Positions 1 through 11,158 of a stretch of 64,000 bases of DNA are shown one piece after another. The DNA is from Azolla caroliniana. Taxonomy: Eukaryota; Plantae; Polypodiophyta. The DNA lies in NCBI GenBank assembly GCA_043228905.1, contig JBHGNT010000002.1, positions 11,098,001 to 11,162,000 of the forward strand. Direction: 5' to 3'. The notes beneath the pieces were generated by a model. It made no database searches. It saw only the letters and a program-made list of their open reading frames with translations, and had not been told where the DNA came from. Position 1 is the first letter of the stretch. Each line of letters opens with the position of its first letter. The position numbers and the translations under genes are program-made.

Positions 1-1288
1 TTACTGGTTGTAAGTGTAGCCAGAAGATGGTGTCTTCATCATATGGATGTAAAAAATGCCTTTTTACATGGTAACTTGGAAGAAGAAGTGTATATGTGTC
101 AACCACAAGGTTTTGAAGATAGGAAGCATCCAGATTATGTATGTAAGCTGAAAAAGGCTCTCTATGGACTGAAACATGCACCAAGAGCATGGCACAGAGA
201 ACTTTCAGATTATCTGAAAAAACTTGACTTCAAAATGTCAAAGGTTGATTCATCATTGTATGTTAAAAGGGAAGATGATTGTATTGTTGTGATTCTGATT
301 TATGTTGATGATCTCATCATTGGAGGTGATTCCATGGATGAAATAAGTAAGCTGAAAAGAAATTTGGAAATGCAGTTTCATATGAAAGATTTGGGAGATT
401 TGAGATATTTTTTGGGTATTGAAATCATCTGTGTGTTGCAAAGACAATATGCAACAACTATGTTGAAAAAGTATGGTATGCTTGGATGCAAACCTATTGG
501 AGTACCACTAGATAAAAACCTATTGCAAATTGAGGGCTGATTTGGGAGCCAAAATAGAAGATGTAAACATGTGCAGGTCTATGGTGGGTAGCCTTATTTA
601 TTTGACCATAACAAGACCTGATTTGAGTTATGCAGTTGGATTAGTCAGCCAATTTATGCAACAGCCAACAAAGCCGCATTTGGACTGCATTAGAAGAATT
701 CTGAGGTATGTAAAAGCTACTCAGAACTATGGATTGTTTTACAGGGCTGATTTGGACATAAATCTGGAAGGATATACAGATGCTGATTGGGCTAGAAGCC
801 AAACAAATAGAAGATCCACAAGTGGATATATGTTTACATTGGGAAGTGCAGGTATTTCATGGAGTAGCAAGAAACAAGCTACTATTGCATTGTCTAGTAC
901 TGAAGCTGAATACAGAGGAGCCGCCATAGCCACTTGTGAAAAGGTATGGATCAGAAGATTGCTTGCTGATTTGGGAGAGTATATAGATGGTACTATCACA
1001 ATCTGGTGTGACAATATGAGCAGCATCCAGCTTGCAAAAAACCCAATGTTCCATGCAAGAACAAAGCACATTGAAGTGCATTATCACTTTGTTAGAGAAA
1101 AAGTGATTGAAGGAGAAGTTGATCTGGTGTATGTGAATACAAATCAGCAGGTTGTTGATATTCTCACAAAGGGATTGAGTGTGGAAAAGCATACACAGTT
1201 TCGGAACATGATGGAAGTTGTAGACACTGATATGATGGCTGAAAAGCATCATGGAAAAGAAGTTGTAGATAACCCCAAGAAAGGATAA
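1..1288 (+). pseudogene. Ty1/copia pol 3' end (RT + RNase H), frameshifted near 530
   Basis: MDVKNAFLHG, LKKALYGLK.APRAW, YVDD, YTDADWA, SSTEAEY and ARTKHIEVHYHFVRE motifs. Confidence 0.95.
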
Positions 1289-1306
1289 GTTGAGCTTGAG
1301 GGGGAG

Positions 1307-1657
1307 TGTTGAGAAGCAAGCTCAACATGGTATGTGATGCTTATTGGGAAATAAGATGTAGTAGCTATTTAGCTACTTGTGAACATAAAGGAGAAACAGC
1401 TAATTAGCTATTGACAACTATTTAGCGACTGACAGCTAATTAGCTACAGGCAGCTAATTAGGTGCATATGTAAGTAACTTATTACTTAGGTAAAAAGTAA
1501 GAGAGTAGGTAAGTAAGAAATATACAAGAAGTAGAACTTTGAGAGAGAGAGTGAGGATAGAGAGGAAGAACTCAGAGAGTGAAAGTAGAAGAGAGAAACA
1601 GACGAGAGCAAGTAGAGATCTGTGTGTAATGAAATAGAAGAAGTTTTGGCTGCTAGA
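1307..1657 (+). repeat. Copia 3' LTR (5' part), interrupted by element A
   Basis: PPT GAGGGGGAG (1298-1306) is directly followed by TGTTGAG; the LTR presumably resumes after 15186. Confidence 0.75.
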
Positions 1658-1679
1658 TGTCATGAACACATGACCATTA

Positions 1680-1752
1680 TGGCGTCACCTGGACTTGAAC
1701 CTCGAACCTTGTAATTCATACTTGAAAACCTCAACCATTAAGATAGCTTATT
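1680..1752 (-). promoter_or_regulatory. tRNA-like Pol III A/B-box cassette in the element A LTR (second copy at 14795-14867)
   Basis: Minus strand: TATCTTAATGG (1745-1735) and GGTTCAAGTCC (1701-1691); box starts are 44 nt apart, as in tRNA genes. Confidence 0.7.
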
Positions 1753-1814
1753 GTTATATGAAACAATAAAAGCTACTTCTTGTATTACATTGATTATTGT
1801 AAAAACTCTAGATT

Positions 1815-1880
1815 ATTCTAGAATGTTCTAGAATGTCCTAGAGCATTCTAGGTCTAGAACATTCTAGAACATTCTAGAAA
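1815..1880. promoter_or_regulatory. Heat-shock element array (nGAAn inverted repeats) upstream of the LTR TATA box
   Basis: aTTCtaGAAtgTTCtaGAAt and aGAAcaTTCtaGAAcaTTCtaGAAa; repeated at 14930-14995. Confidence 0.75.
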
Positions 1881-2068
1881 TCTCTAAGCTATTCTATAGG
1901 AACCTATAAATAAGCGCATACATGTATTCTCAAATCAATTCGAATCAACACCAGTCTTTAGCTCTCATTACATATCTTGTATCCATTCTCTTTCTTTCTC
2001 TATCTTATACATCCATTCTTCTCTATCCTTCTTCCATCACTCTATCTTTTATCCTTGGTTCTGGCAGT

Positions 2069-2075
2069 TTGATTC

Positions 2076-2080
<5 letters not shown>
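2069..2080 (+). other. Self-priming PBS of element A
   Basis: TTGATTCGAATT, 2 nt after the LTR, is the reverse complement of LTR 1937-1948; there is no TGG tRNA-type PBS. Confidence 0.8.

Positions 2081-2131
<51 letters not shown>
2081..2131. repeat. (CT)n microsatellite in the element A leader
   Basis: About 25 CT units. Confidence 0.95.
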
Positions 2132-2135
<4 letters not shown>

Positions 2136-2551
2136 CCTCCTTTGTAACCATCCTGAAACCATGGCTGCCATTAACTCAGAAGAATATCTCACCCTTGTTG
2201 CAGAAATGGAGAACCTTAAATCCAAGTTCGCATCTCTTGAAGTAGAGAATCAACGTCTACTTGGGGATCTACAAAAGGTTACTATAGAGAAGCAACAACA
2301 ACAAGAGGAGTTCACGCGACGAGTGCAACAGTTAGAGTCGACAATCGTCGTGTTACAACAACAAAGGGTTGAAGGTCAGGGACTTATCAAGGAGCCCAAA
2401 ATTAGCCTCCCAGCTAAATTTGATGGGTCGAGGGCGTATTTCCGAGGTTTTTTGAATCAAGTACGGTTGGTGATTCAAATGCATCCTGCACGTTATCCAA
2501 CAGATGCATCACGAGTCGGGCTAGTGGGCACTTTATTGACTGGCATAACGT

Positions 2552-3339
2552 TGTCGTAGTGTATTTCGTACACTACGTGAAAAAGTAAAAATAATATAAC
2601 CGATTTAATTACATATAAATAAATAAAATAAGAATATCAAGATATTTATCACGTGCATAGGGCAAGATTCGAACCTTGTACCTCCACGTAGCCAAACCTC
2701 AACTTTACCATTATGCTACCTTATCTTTAGTGTTCTATAAATAGATTTAATAACTATAAGACCTTTATTTACATATACCTTTATTAAAAGGTAAATCATG
2801 TATTTTTAGAGTGCGTGAATATTTTATAGAAAAACGCTAGCAACTAAAAAGTGACTCATGCACATCTAGCGTGCATGAGCACTATATTTAGCAAATAAAA
2901 GCAAGGATTAGAAAAGCATCACATGCACATTTAGTGTGCATGAACATATTAGAAAAAGCATGTAGTTATGCTTAGTCTCTCCCATCACTACATAAGGATG
3001 GGGAGCACAATGTAATAGGTGTGTGAAATATTTGGAAATTGGATATATTTCCGAAAACACCAACCGATTAATATAATCGTGGGATTCACGAAAATAATAT
3101 AATCTATACTTGTGGGATTCACAAGTTTCTTATATCTTTCTTTCAATCTAAATACATATTCTTATCTAAATATTGATTAATCGAATACAATACACTCGTG
3201 GGATTCACGAAATTTCTATCTCTCTTTCTAATAATCTATTCATTACTAGCCTCATCTCATATTCTTCTTTCTCCTAGTCCAAAACCTCAGTGGTTCCCAC
3301 CCGACTCACGCAAACGATCCGGAGCCGAAAGGCACGACA
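2552..3339 (+). mobile_element. Insertion B: probable solo LTR inside the element A gag
   Basis: TGTCGT...ACGACA ends; ACGT duplicated on both sides; non-coding; tRNA-like cassette on the minus strand at about 2654-2725; orientation inferred. Confidence 0.7.
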
Positions 3340-4341
3340 ACGTTGTCGTGGTTTGCTCCATTGCTAGAGACCAATTCTCCTCTACTGAATAATTTCGAGG
3401 AATTTATCAAGGAATTTAAGGCTTGTTTCGGAGATACTGATGGGGCGAGAACAGCTATCAACAAGATTCGTACACTTCGTCAAGGTGATCAACCAGCTTC
3501 AACATATGCTGCCAATTTCCGTCTCATCGCAAGCGATATTCCTTGGGATGAACAAGCCCTAATGGAGCAATTCCGTTCAGGCCTTCGTAGTGATGTCAAA
3601 GACTTACTTCTTACCTTCCCCGAGTGTTATGTACACATAACGTTGGTGAGGGTAGGTCACTAATATTTACATTAGTGAAGGGTATGTTCACTATTATTAA
3701 AAAGGGGACTAATGATTGGATAGAGTGAATGATATGTGCATGCACTATCATGATTTAGACAACCAATGAATAGAGAGCCTTTTAGAAAGGCACATCTATT
3801 CAAGGGGCCTAGGAAAAGGTATAAATATGAGGCTTAGCTACCCTCATAGGCATCACGTCGGAAGGCTGTTGTCGTAGACACCGGTGGTGCGGGCTAGGCT
3901 TTCGTCTCGACGATCGTGTTTATCTCTTCCAAGGTATTAGTCATCCTAATATCCGGCGGTATGGGACGTCGGTGGTAGGTTGGCTATGTCTAGATCATAG
4001 CTCGGGGGTGGTCGGGTGGAACGGGTTCTTCTATCCAATCTATTTTCTTCCTTTTTACTTGATTTGGTCTATTGATTAGTAATAGACTCTTAACAGTGGT
4101 ATCAGAGCTTTTACTAACAATTTTTTTGTTGTTTTGATGTTTTTTGCGTGTGAGCGAGGGGGATCTAACAAGGCTCGTCATGCTCTTCTCAGGATCAAAA
4201 TAACACTCTAAACCCGGTATTCTTCTTTTTTGATCTCTTCTCTTTTTCTATTATGCGTTCTTTATGGTCGAATCAAATTGGTATTACGTTTTATTCTCTT
4301 TCTTTCTACCTCCTACTACGCTACGATTTTACTTATTATTA

Positions 4342-4780
4342 TGCATCGGGCCGAGCGTGTTTGCACTAATCGCACACGCTCAACTCATGGCCTTTTGCAT
4401 ATTGCGATATATATCCCACTCTCTCCTCTCTTGAACTCTTACGATAATAATTATTCTTGTGCATTGGGTCGAGCGTGTTTGCTCTAATCGCACACGCTTA
4501 TCTCATGGCCATTTTGCATATGATGTTGAGTATACCACTCTTCCCCTCTATTGAGCCATCACTTGGCCGATTCTAAGGGATGATGTGGCCTTGACGAGGT
4601 GTATGTTGCCTACCTATGCCACTCTACTCTCTATTAAGCCATCAATTGGCCGATTCTATGGGATGTTGTGGCCTTGACAAGGTATATGTAGCTTACCTAT
4701 GCCACTTTCCTCTTTAATTAGCCATTACTTGGCCGATTCTAGGGATATGTGGTGGTCTTGAGGAGGTGCATGTCAACTAC
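4342..4780. repeat. Tandem repeats in the 1.7-kb 5' leader (2 x about 120 bp, then 3 x about 83 bp)
   Basis: GAGCGTGTTTGC..TAATCGCACACGCT twice; TTGGCCGATTCTA three times. Confidence 0.75.
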
Positions 4781-5774
4781 CCTAGGGTTTCGTATCTTAG
4801 GGCACGTTTGATTCCATACACCTAATTGTTGATTATTCTAATTAAATTTTAATTTCATAAGTATTGTTTCACTTATATGATTTTCTAGTAATTATTATTT
4901 ACCCGCCCACAATTAACTCTCCTTTTTCCACTTCCTTTTCATGTATAAAGTATTTACATCGTTTATTTTTAATGTAACCTTTACGTGTAGACTATTTTTT
5001 ACGTATGGAGTGGCTTGTTGAACGATTTTTTTTTCAACGGGTCATCTAGGTTTAACTCTTATCATCAAGCCTTAGAAAACGAGTAAAACCATATGAGTTC
5101 CCTTATTGATGTTTTACTCATGGATTTGAGTATTACATCTTTGCGCATAACACCGTCATCACTTGTATCAATTTGTGGCTTATGTCACAATTGTGCAAGT
5201 TATAACAATCATATTGGGATGTATATGTGCATACCTTGCACTTCCCATTCATTTGTGACATTGTTTTTTTCGTACGTAACACATGGGTTCTTTTTTTTTT
5301 TTTTTTACCCTTGTTTTCGTCACTACTTAACTCTTATGAGTAGTGCCTTATTTTATCATTTTATCATCACGTTTGCTTATTGCTCGCAAGACTAGAATAT
5401 TACTTGTGAGTGCACTTGTTTTTTCACGTAATACACTTTCTCGACCATATAATACATGATGGGTTGGCATTGATATAAGGCTATCTAGGAAATTTCATTG
5501 ATGTAAGAACCATGGTTGAGCCTCGGGGAGCCGCCATGATTACTCAAGATAGAGATCCGAGAAATACATCTTAGCTATGTTTTCCCCCATGGTTTTTAAA
5601 ACACCATAGTGTTACCATAGTTATCGGATCTCGAATCACATCTCATATGTCTAGAGGGGTAAAGACATGAGATACTTTCTTGGATAAAGTTCTTTCAATC
5701 AAAATTTCAAGCATTCATTTTGCTTGTGTATTTTCTGAACCTCCTTATTTTATTGCATACCCACAGCGTGCATC

Positions 5775-8700
5775 ATGGAACAAGTTTTGAACGCAGTTGG
5801 AACGATCTCTCCAAATGAGACCTCTCAACCCCAATCCGCATCTCGCACACAAGCTGAGATCACTATTGAGCAATTGCTCACTACTACCTTGAATCAATTG
5901 GCCGAAATGAGACAGGCCAATATGGCATTGGAAAAGAAATTCCAAGAATTAACTATTGAGTCCAAGAAAGAAGGTGAACCTTCCTTCGTAGTAACGCCTT
6001 TCAAGGGAGATAAGAAAGAAAGAACCGAGGAGGCCATTAGCACTTGGCTTGGTCATTGGGAGTCTCACTTTGAGCTTCATCCCAAGCCCGATGCAGTAAA
6101 AATTGGTTATGTCGGTCGTGAGTTAGGTGGCCGAGCTGCTGCTTGGTGGCGTGGCCTAAGGACCGCAAAAAACTTACCCACAACTTGGGAAGGTTTCGTT
6201 GATGTTTTTAAGAAACAATTCTTGCAGCCACCTTCTCAAACCGAACAAGCGCAACACTTGCTCACATTGTCTAGTAAGCCATTTACCTCTCTCGAGGATT
6301 ATGTGCATCACGCTCGGACCCAGATCCAAAAATCGGGACTTACGGGTGAGAAATGGTTTGTCGCTTGTTTTTTGAATGGTATTCCCAATGGGGATTATCA
6401 TTGGATTGTCCATGACAAGGACCCCACAACTTTCGAGGAAGCCGTCAACATTGTGCTGCGATACCATAGGACTTCCAAGAAAGACCACAATAAACCTGAG
6501 TTCGCCAAAACTCCGAATGTCAAGTTCATTGGGAAACGTAAGCAATCCAGTGACACTCTTGACCGCGACTCAAAGAAACCGAACCTCTTCTGTGCATATT
6601 GCAAGAAGCGGGGCCACACAAAGGATACCTGTCGTCGTCTTGAGAGGAAGTCAATGAACACCCCTCCTCAAGACAAATCTACGAGTCACACAGGTGAGTC
6701 TTTTGATATTGTTGAAGTTCATACCAATCACTTAAGTTTATGTGAATGCACTTTTCCTTCACATTTACTTGGACCTAATGATTTACTCCGAGCAGTCGGA
6801 TATATCAATGGAACACAAGCACATTTCTTGTTTGATTCCGGTAGTTCTCACAATTTTCTTAATGATCACTTTGTGCAGCAAATGGAGCTCCACATAAACG
6901 CAAGTGATCATATCTATCAAGTTCACATGGCAAATGGAAACGTTCAATACATCAGTGGCATTGTTTGTCAACTGCCAATTCAAATAGATACTTATTTGGA
7001 GAAGCTTGACTTTCATGTTATGAAATTACAATCCGCAGATGTCATTTTAGGATATCCGCAGATGTCCATTGATTGGGTTAATCACTCAATCACATTTGAA
7101 CTTAATAATTGTAAACATTTTATTCAATGTTCCAAACTTCCTTCTCATTCACTTGTGTCTTCTAAATCTTTAAGTGAGTATTCTAGTTCATTAATTTATT
7201 CGTGTGTAATTGATCCTGCGGTTCAATTTTATTATTTTAATATTGACGCCACACAATTACCACATTTTGAGCAATGATTACTCGACTCTATTTTAGAGGA
7301 TTTTCAAGATGTGTTTCCTACTGAATTACCGCTTACTTTACCACCTAAACGTAATGTGGACCATCAAATTGAACTCATCCCTGGGGCTGCTCCTGTGAGC
7401 ATTCCACCTTACCGACTTAGTCGATTAGAAGAGGATGAGATCGCTAAACAACTTAAGGAATACTTGAGTATGGGCCACATTAGGTATAGTAAATCACCTT
7501 GGGGTGCGCCAGTTCTATTAGTCAAGAAGAAGGAAGGTTCGTGGCGAATGTGTATCAATTATCGCCATTTGAATAAAATGACAATTAAGAATGCATATCC
7601 ATTACCTCGTGCCGATGATTTGATTGATCGTTTGCACGGGGCTCGATATTTTACGAAAATTGACTTACGAACTGGTTATCATCAGATTCGCATCGCCGAG
7701 GATGATATTCCTAAAACCGCTTTTCGTACGCTCTATGGCCATTATGAGTTTTTAGTCATGCCGTTTGGGTTGACTAATGCTCCAGCCACATTCCAACAAG
7801 TGATGAATGATGTTTTCCGAGATCAACTCGGTGATTTTGTTGTCGTCTTCTTGGATGATATTTTGATATATAGCCGTACCTTGCAAGATCATGTTCAACA
7901 TGTTCGATTTGTTTTGCGAAAGTTGCGTGACAACTCTTTCTATGCAAAACATTCAAAATGTGACTTCTTCCAAAAATCTATTGTGTACTTAGGTCATTTA
8001 ATTACAGAAAATGGCGTTGAAATTGAACCTTCTCGTATTGAAAAGGTTAAACTTTGGCCCATTCCTCGTAATATTCGTGAACTTAGATCATTCTTAAGGT
8101 TTGTTGGATTTTTATGAAAATCAATTCGTAACTATTCCAAATTGACTACGCCATTAACTGACCTTTTAAAAGGTCATCCACGTAAGTCTGTCAAACCAAT
8201 TTCATGGAATGAACAACTTGACAAATCCTTTGAGACACTCAAGGAGCATGTGTGTCAGGCTCCCACTCTTCTATTACCAGACCCTTCTAAGCCTTTCTCA
8301 ATTGAAACCGATGCTAGTGATTATGCTATTGGTGCCGTTCTTTATCAAGGTGGTCACCCTATTGCTTTTGAAAGTTAGAAGCTTGATGCTGCTCAATCTC
8401 GGTATTCGGTTCAAGAGAAAGAGTTGTTTGCGGTGATACACGCACTTAAAACATGGAGGCACTATCTCTATGGAAATAAATTTTTGGTTACAACAGACCA
8501 TCAATCATTAAAGTATTTTTGTGACCAGCCCGATCTTGTTGGTCGTAAAGGCCGTTGGGCTGACCTTATGCAAGATTTTGATTTTTCCATACGATATCGC
8601 AAGGGTTCTATGAACACCGTTGCTGATGCTCTTAGTCGCATTAAAGAAGTTAACATGCTTAGCTTCACGGAAATAAAATCTGATCTTTTAGATCACCTTC

Positions 8701-10157
8701 GAGGGAAATACCTTGATGACAGTTATTTCTCAAAATACTGGACGAAAGCCGAATCTGGTTTAGATGCCGATACTAGCACCCTACCCTCGAAGGCGACCTT
8801 TCACATTACAAACGGTTTGCTCTACCGTAGTGGAAAGGTCTGTGTTCCAGATTTACCAAATGTTAAACAGAAAATTTTTCATGAATGTCATGATGCACCA
8901 TCTGCTTGTCATCCTGGAATACAACGCACACTCGTTCTCATCTCGTGTACTTTTTTCTGGCCTAAGATGCGCTCTGACGTGCATAAATACGTAACTCAAT
9001 GCTTACAATGTCAGATTAATAAGTCGGAACGACTTAAAGCTGCTGGTCTTTTACATCCCTTAGATATTCCCAACAATAAATGGGAAAGTATCTCGATGGA
9101 TTTTATTGTTAGTTTACCTCGTACACAGAGGGGTCATGATGCCATATGGGTTGTCGTTGACAGGCTAACAAAATTAGCTAGATTTATTCCTACAAAAACC
9201 ACGGTAACCGCTCAACATATGGCTTATCAATTTGTTGATGAGTTATTTCGTTTTTATGGATTACCGATGGATATTGTTAGTGATTGAGATTCCAAGTTTA
9301 CTAGTGACTTTTGGACTCAGGTCTTTAAGAAACTAGAAACTACGTTGAGCATGAGTTCCGCAGATCATCCTCAGTCTGATGGACAAACTGAACGAGTTAA
9401 TCAAATTATTGAGGACATGCTTCGAGCTTATGTAGCAAAAACCCCTTCTAAGTGGGAGCAATACCTTCCTATCTTAGAATTTGCCTATAATAGCTCTAAA
9501 CATACATCCACTGGATATAGTCCTTTTATGTTGATGTATGGTTTTCAGCCACGTGCCCCAGTTGATGTCACGATTCATCGTGATACATTAGACAGTACAC
9601 GCAATTTTTTGCAAGACATGAACCAAATGTTGCATATTGCCAAAGAAAATGTCAAGACAGCTCAAGATCGTGCTCGATTTTATGCTGATCAGGATAGACG
9701 TCCTCGTGCATTTACTATTGGTCAAAAAGTTTTTTTGCGTGTCCCGACTGATTCTACGTCATTATCTACGGGCAAGTGCGCTAAGTTAGCCCCACGATAT
9801 TGTGGCCCATTTGAAATCCTTAAGCGAGTTGGGTCATCTGCTTATCACCTTGCCTTACCTCGTAACGTTGGTATTCATCCTGTTTTTCACGTCAGTCGTC
9901 TAAAACCATTTTTAGGCTCTGGTGATAACACCATCACAATCCAAGATCTTGTAACATTAGAGGATTTTTCTTACAAACCTCATGTTCCTGAACGAATTCT
10001 TGATTCTCGTACTAAACGTTTACGTTCTAAAGAGATTCGGCTATTCAAGATCAAATGGATGGATAAACCTATTGATGATGCCACATGGGAACGCGAGCAT
10101 TCGCTTAAGGCACAATTTCCTCACTTTATATTGCAAGAGTGCAATCTTTTGAAGTAG
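5775..10157 (+). pseudogene. gag-pol of the nested chromovirus, with several in-frame stops
   Basis: CAYCKKRGHTKDTC, LFDSGSSHNF, FLDD, ETDASD, integrase core, RYCGPF and chromodomain ILDSR..KW..DATWE. Confidence 0.95.
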
Positions 10158-11158
10158 GGGAGTATGTTATGTACACATAACGTTGGTGAGGGTAGGTCAC
10201 TAATATTTACATTAGTGAAGGGTATGTTCACTATTATTAAAAAGGGGACTAATGATTGGATAGAATGAATGATATGTGCATGCACTATCATGATTTAGAA
10301 AACCAATGAATAGAGAGCCTTTTAGAAAGGCACATCTATTCAAGGGGCCTAGGAAAAGGTATAAATATGAGGCTTAGCTACCCTCATAGGCATCACGTCG
10401 GAAGGCTGCTGTCGTAGACACCGGTGGTGCGGGCTAGGCTTTCGTCTCGACGATCGTGTTTATCTCTTCCAAGGTATTAGTCATCCTAATATCCGGCGGT
10501 ATGGGACGTCGGTGGTAGGTTGGCTATGTCTAGATCATAGCTCGGGGGTGGTTGGGTGGAACGGGTTCTTCTATCCAATCTATTTTCTTCCTTTTTACTT
10601 GATTTGGTCTATTGATTAGTAATAGACTCTTAACACCGAGGATCCAAGGTCACTTACAGAAGCTATTAGTCGAGCAATACGGTGTGATAATCGCCTTTTT
10701 GAGCGTCGATGTGAGCGACAACGACAAATAACAAGATCTTGATTCACACCAACTTATGCATCAGTAATGGCGCAATCATCCCCAAGGCAAATGTATAGCC
10801 CTGCTCCAACTCCAAGGCAAACATGTAGTCCAGTCCCAATGGATAGTCCTACACCCATGGAGATCGATATGACTCAACGACGAGGACCGTTGTCAGACGA
10901 AGAGAAGCAACGTCGTCGAGCAAACCATCTGTGCTTATATTGTGGAGGTCCAGGACATATAGCCATTCATTGCTCCCGTAGGCCGAGACGTCAGGTAAAT
11001 CAAATTCACTATGACAATAAAAATGAGTCCAACATTTTAGAAGTAGTTAGTGAATCTAATATTATGAATAATCCACCCTTGTCCAATAAATTTGAAGTCC
11101 TAAGCCAATTAGAAGAGGAGTCAAACGAATAAGTCCGGCCAAAATATGAGCCATTTGG

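Larger units (their letters stand above)
1658..2066 (+). repeat. Element A 5' LTR
   Basis: TG...CA; direct repeat of 14773-15181; TATAAATA at 1905. Confidence 0.95.
3625..10635 (+). mobile_element. Ty3/gypsy chromovirus (tRNA-iMet primed) nested in the element A gag
   Basis: 471-bp LTRs 3625-4095 and 10165-10635 (about 4 differences); TSD CCGAG; PBS TGGTATCAGAGC 4097-4108; PPT-like GAAGTAGGGGAG before the 3' LTR. Confidence 0.95.
2161..11132 (+). pseudogene. gag: Element A gag, split into 2161-2551, 3344-3624 and 10641-11132
   Basis: Coiled coil, KEPKISLPAKFDG, LRQG...Y...F, PMEID and CLYCGGPGHIAIHC knuckle; the frame rejoins across both insertions. Confidence 0.9.

Noticed and set aside
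1922-2245. Hydrophobic membrane-protein ORFs (also 15037-15306 and 1454-1669)
   Set aside because: Translations of CT-rich LTR and microsatellite sequence.
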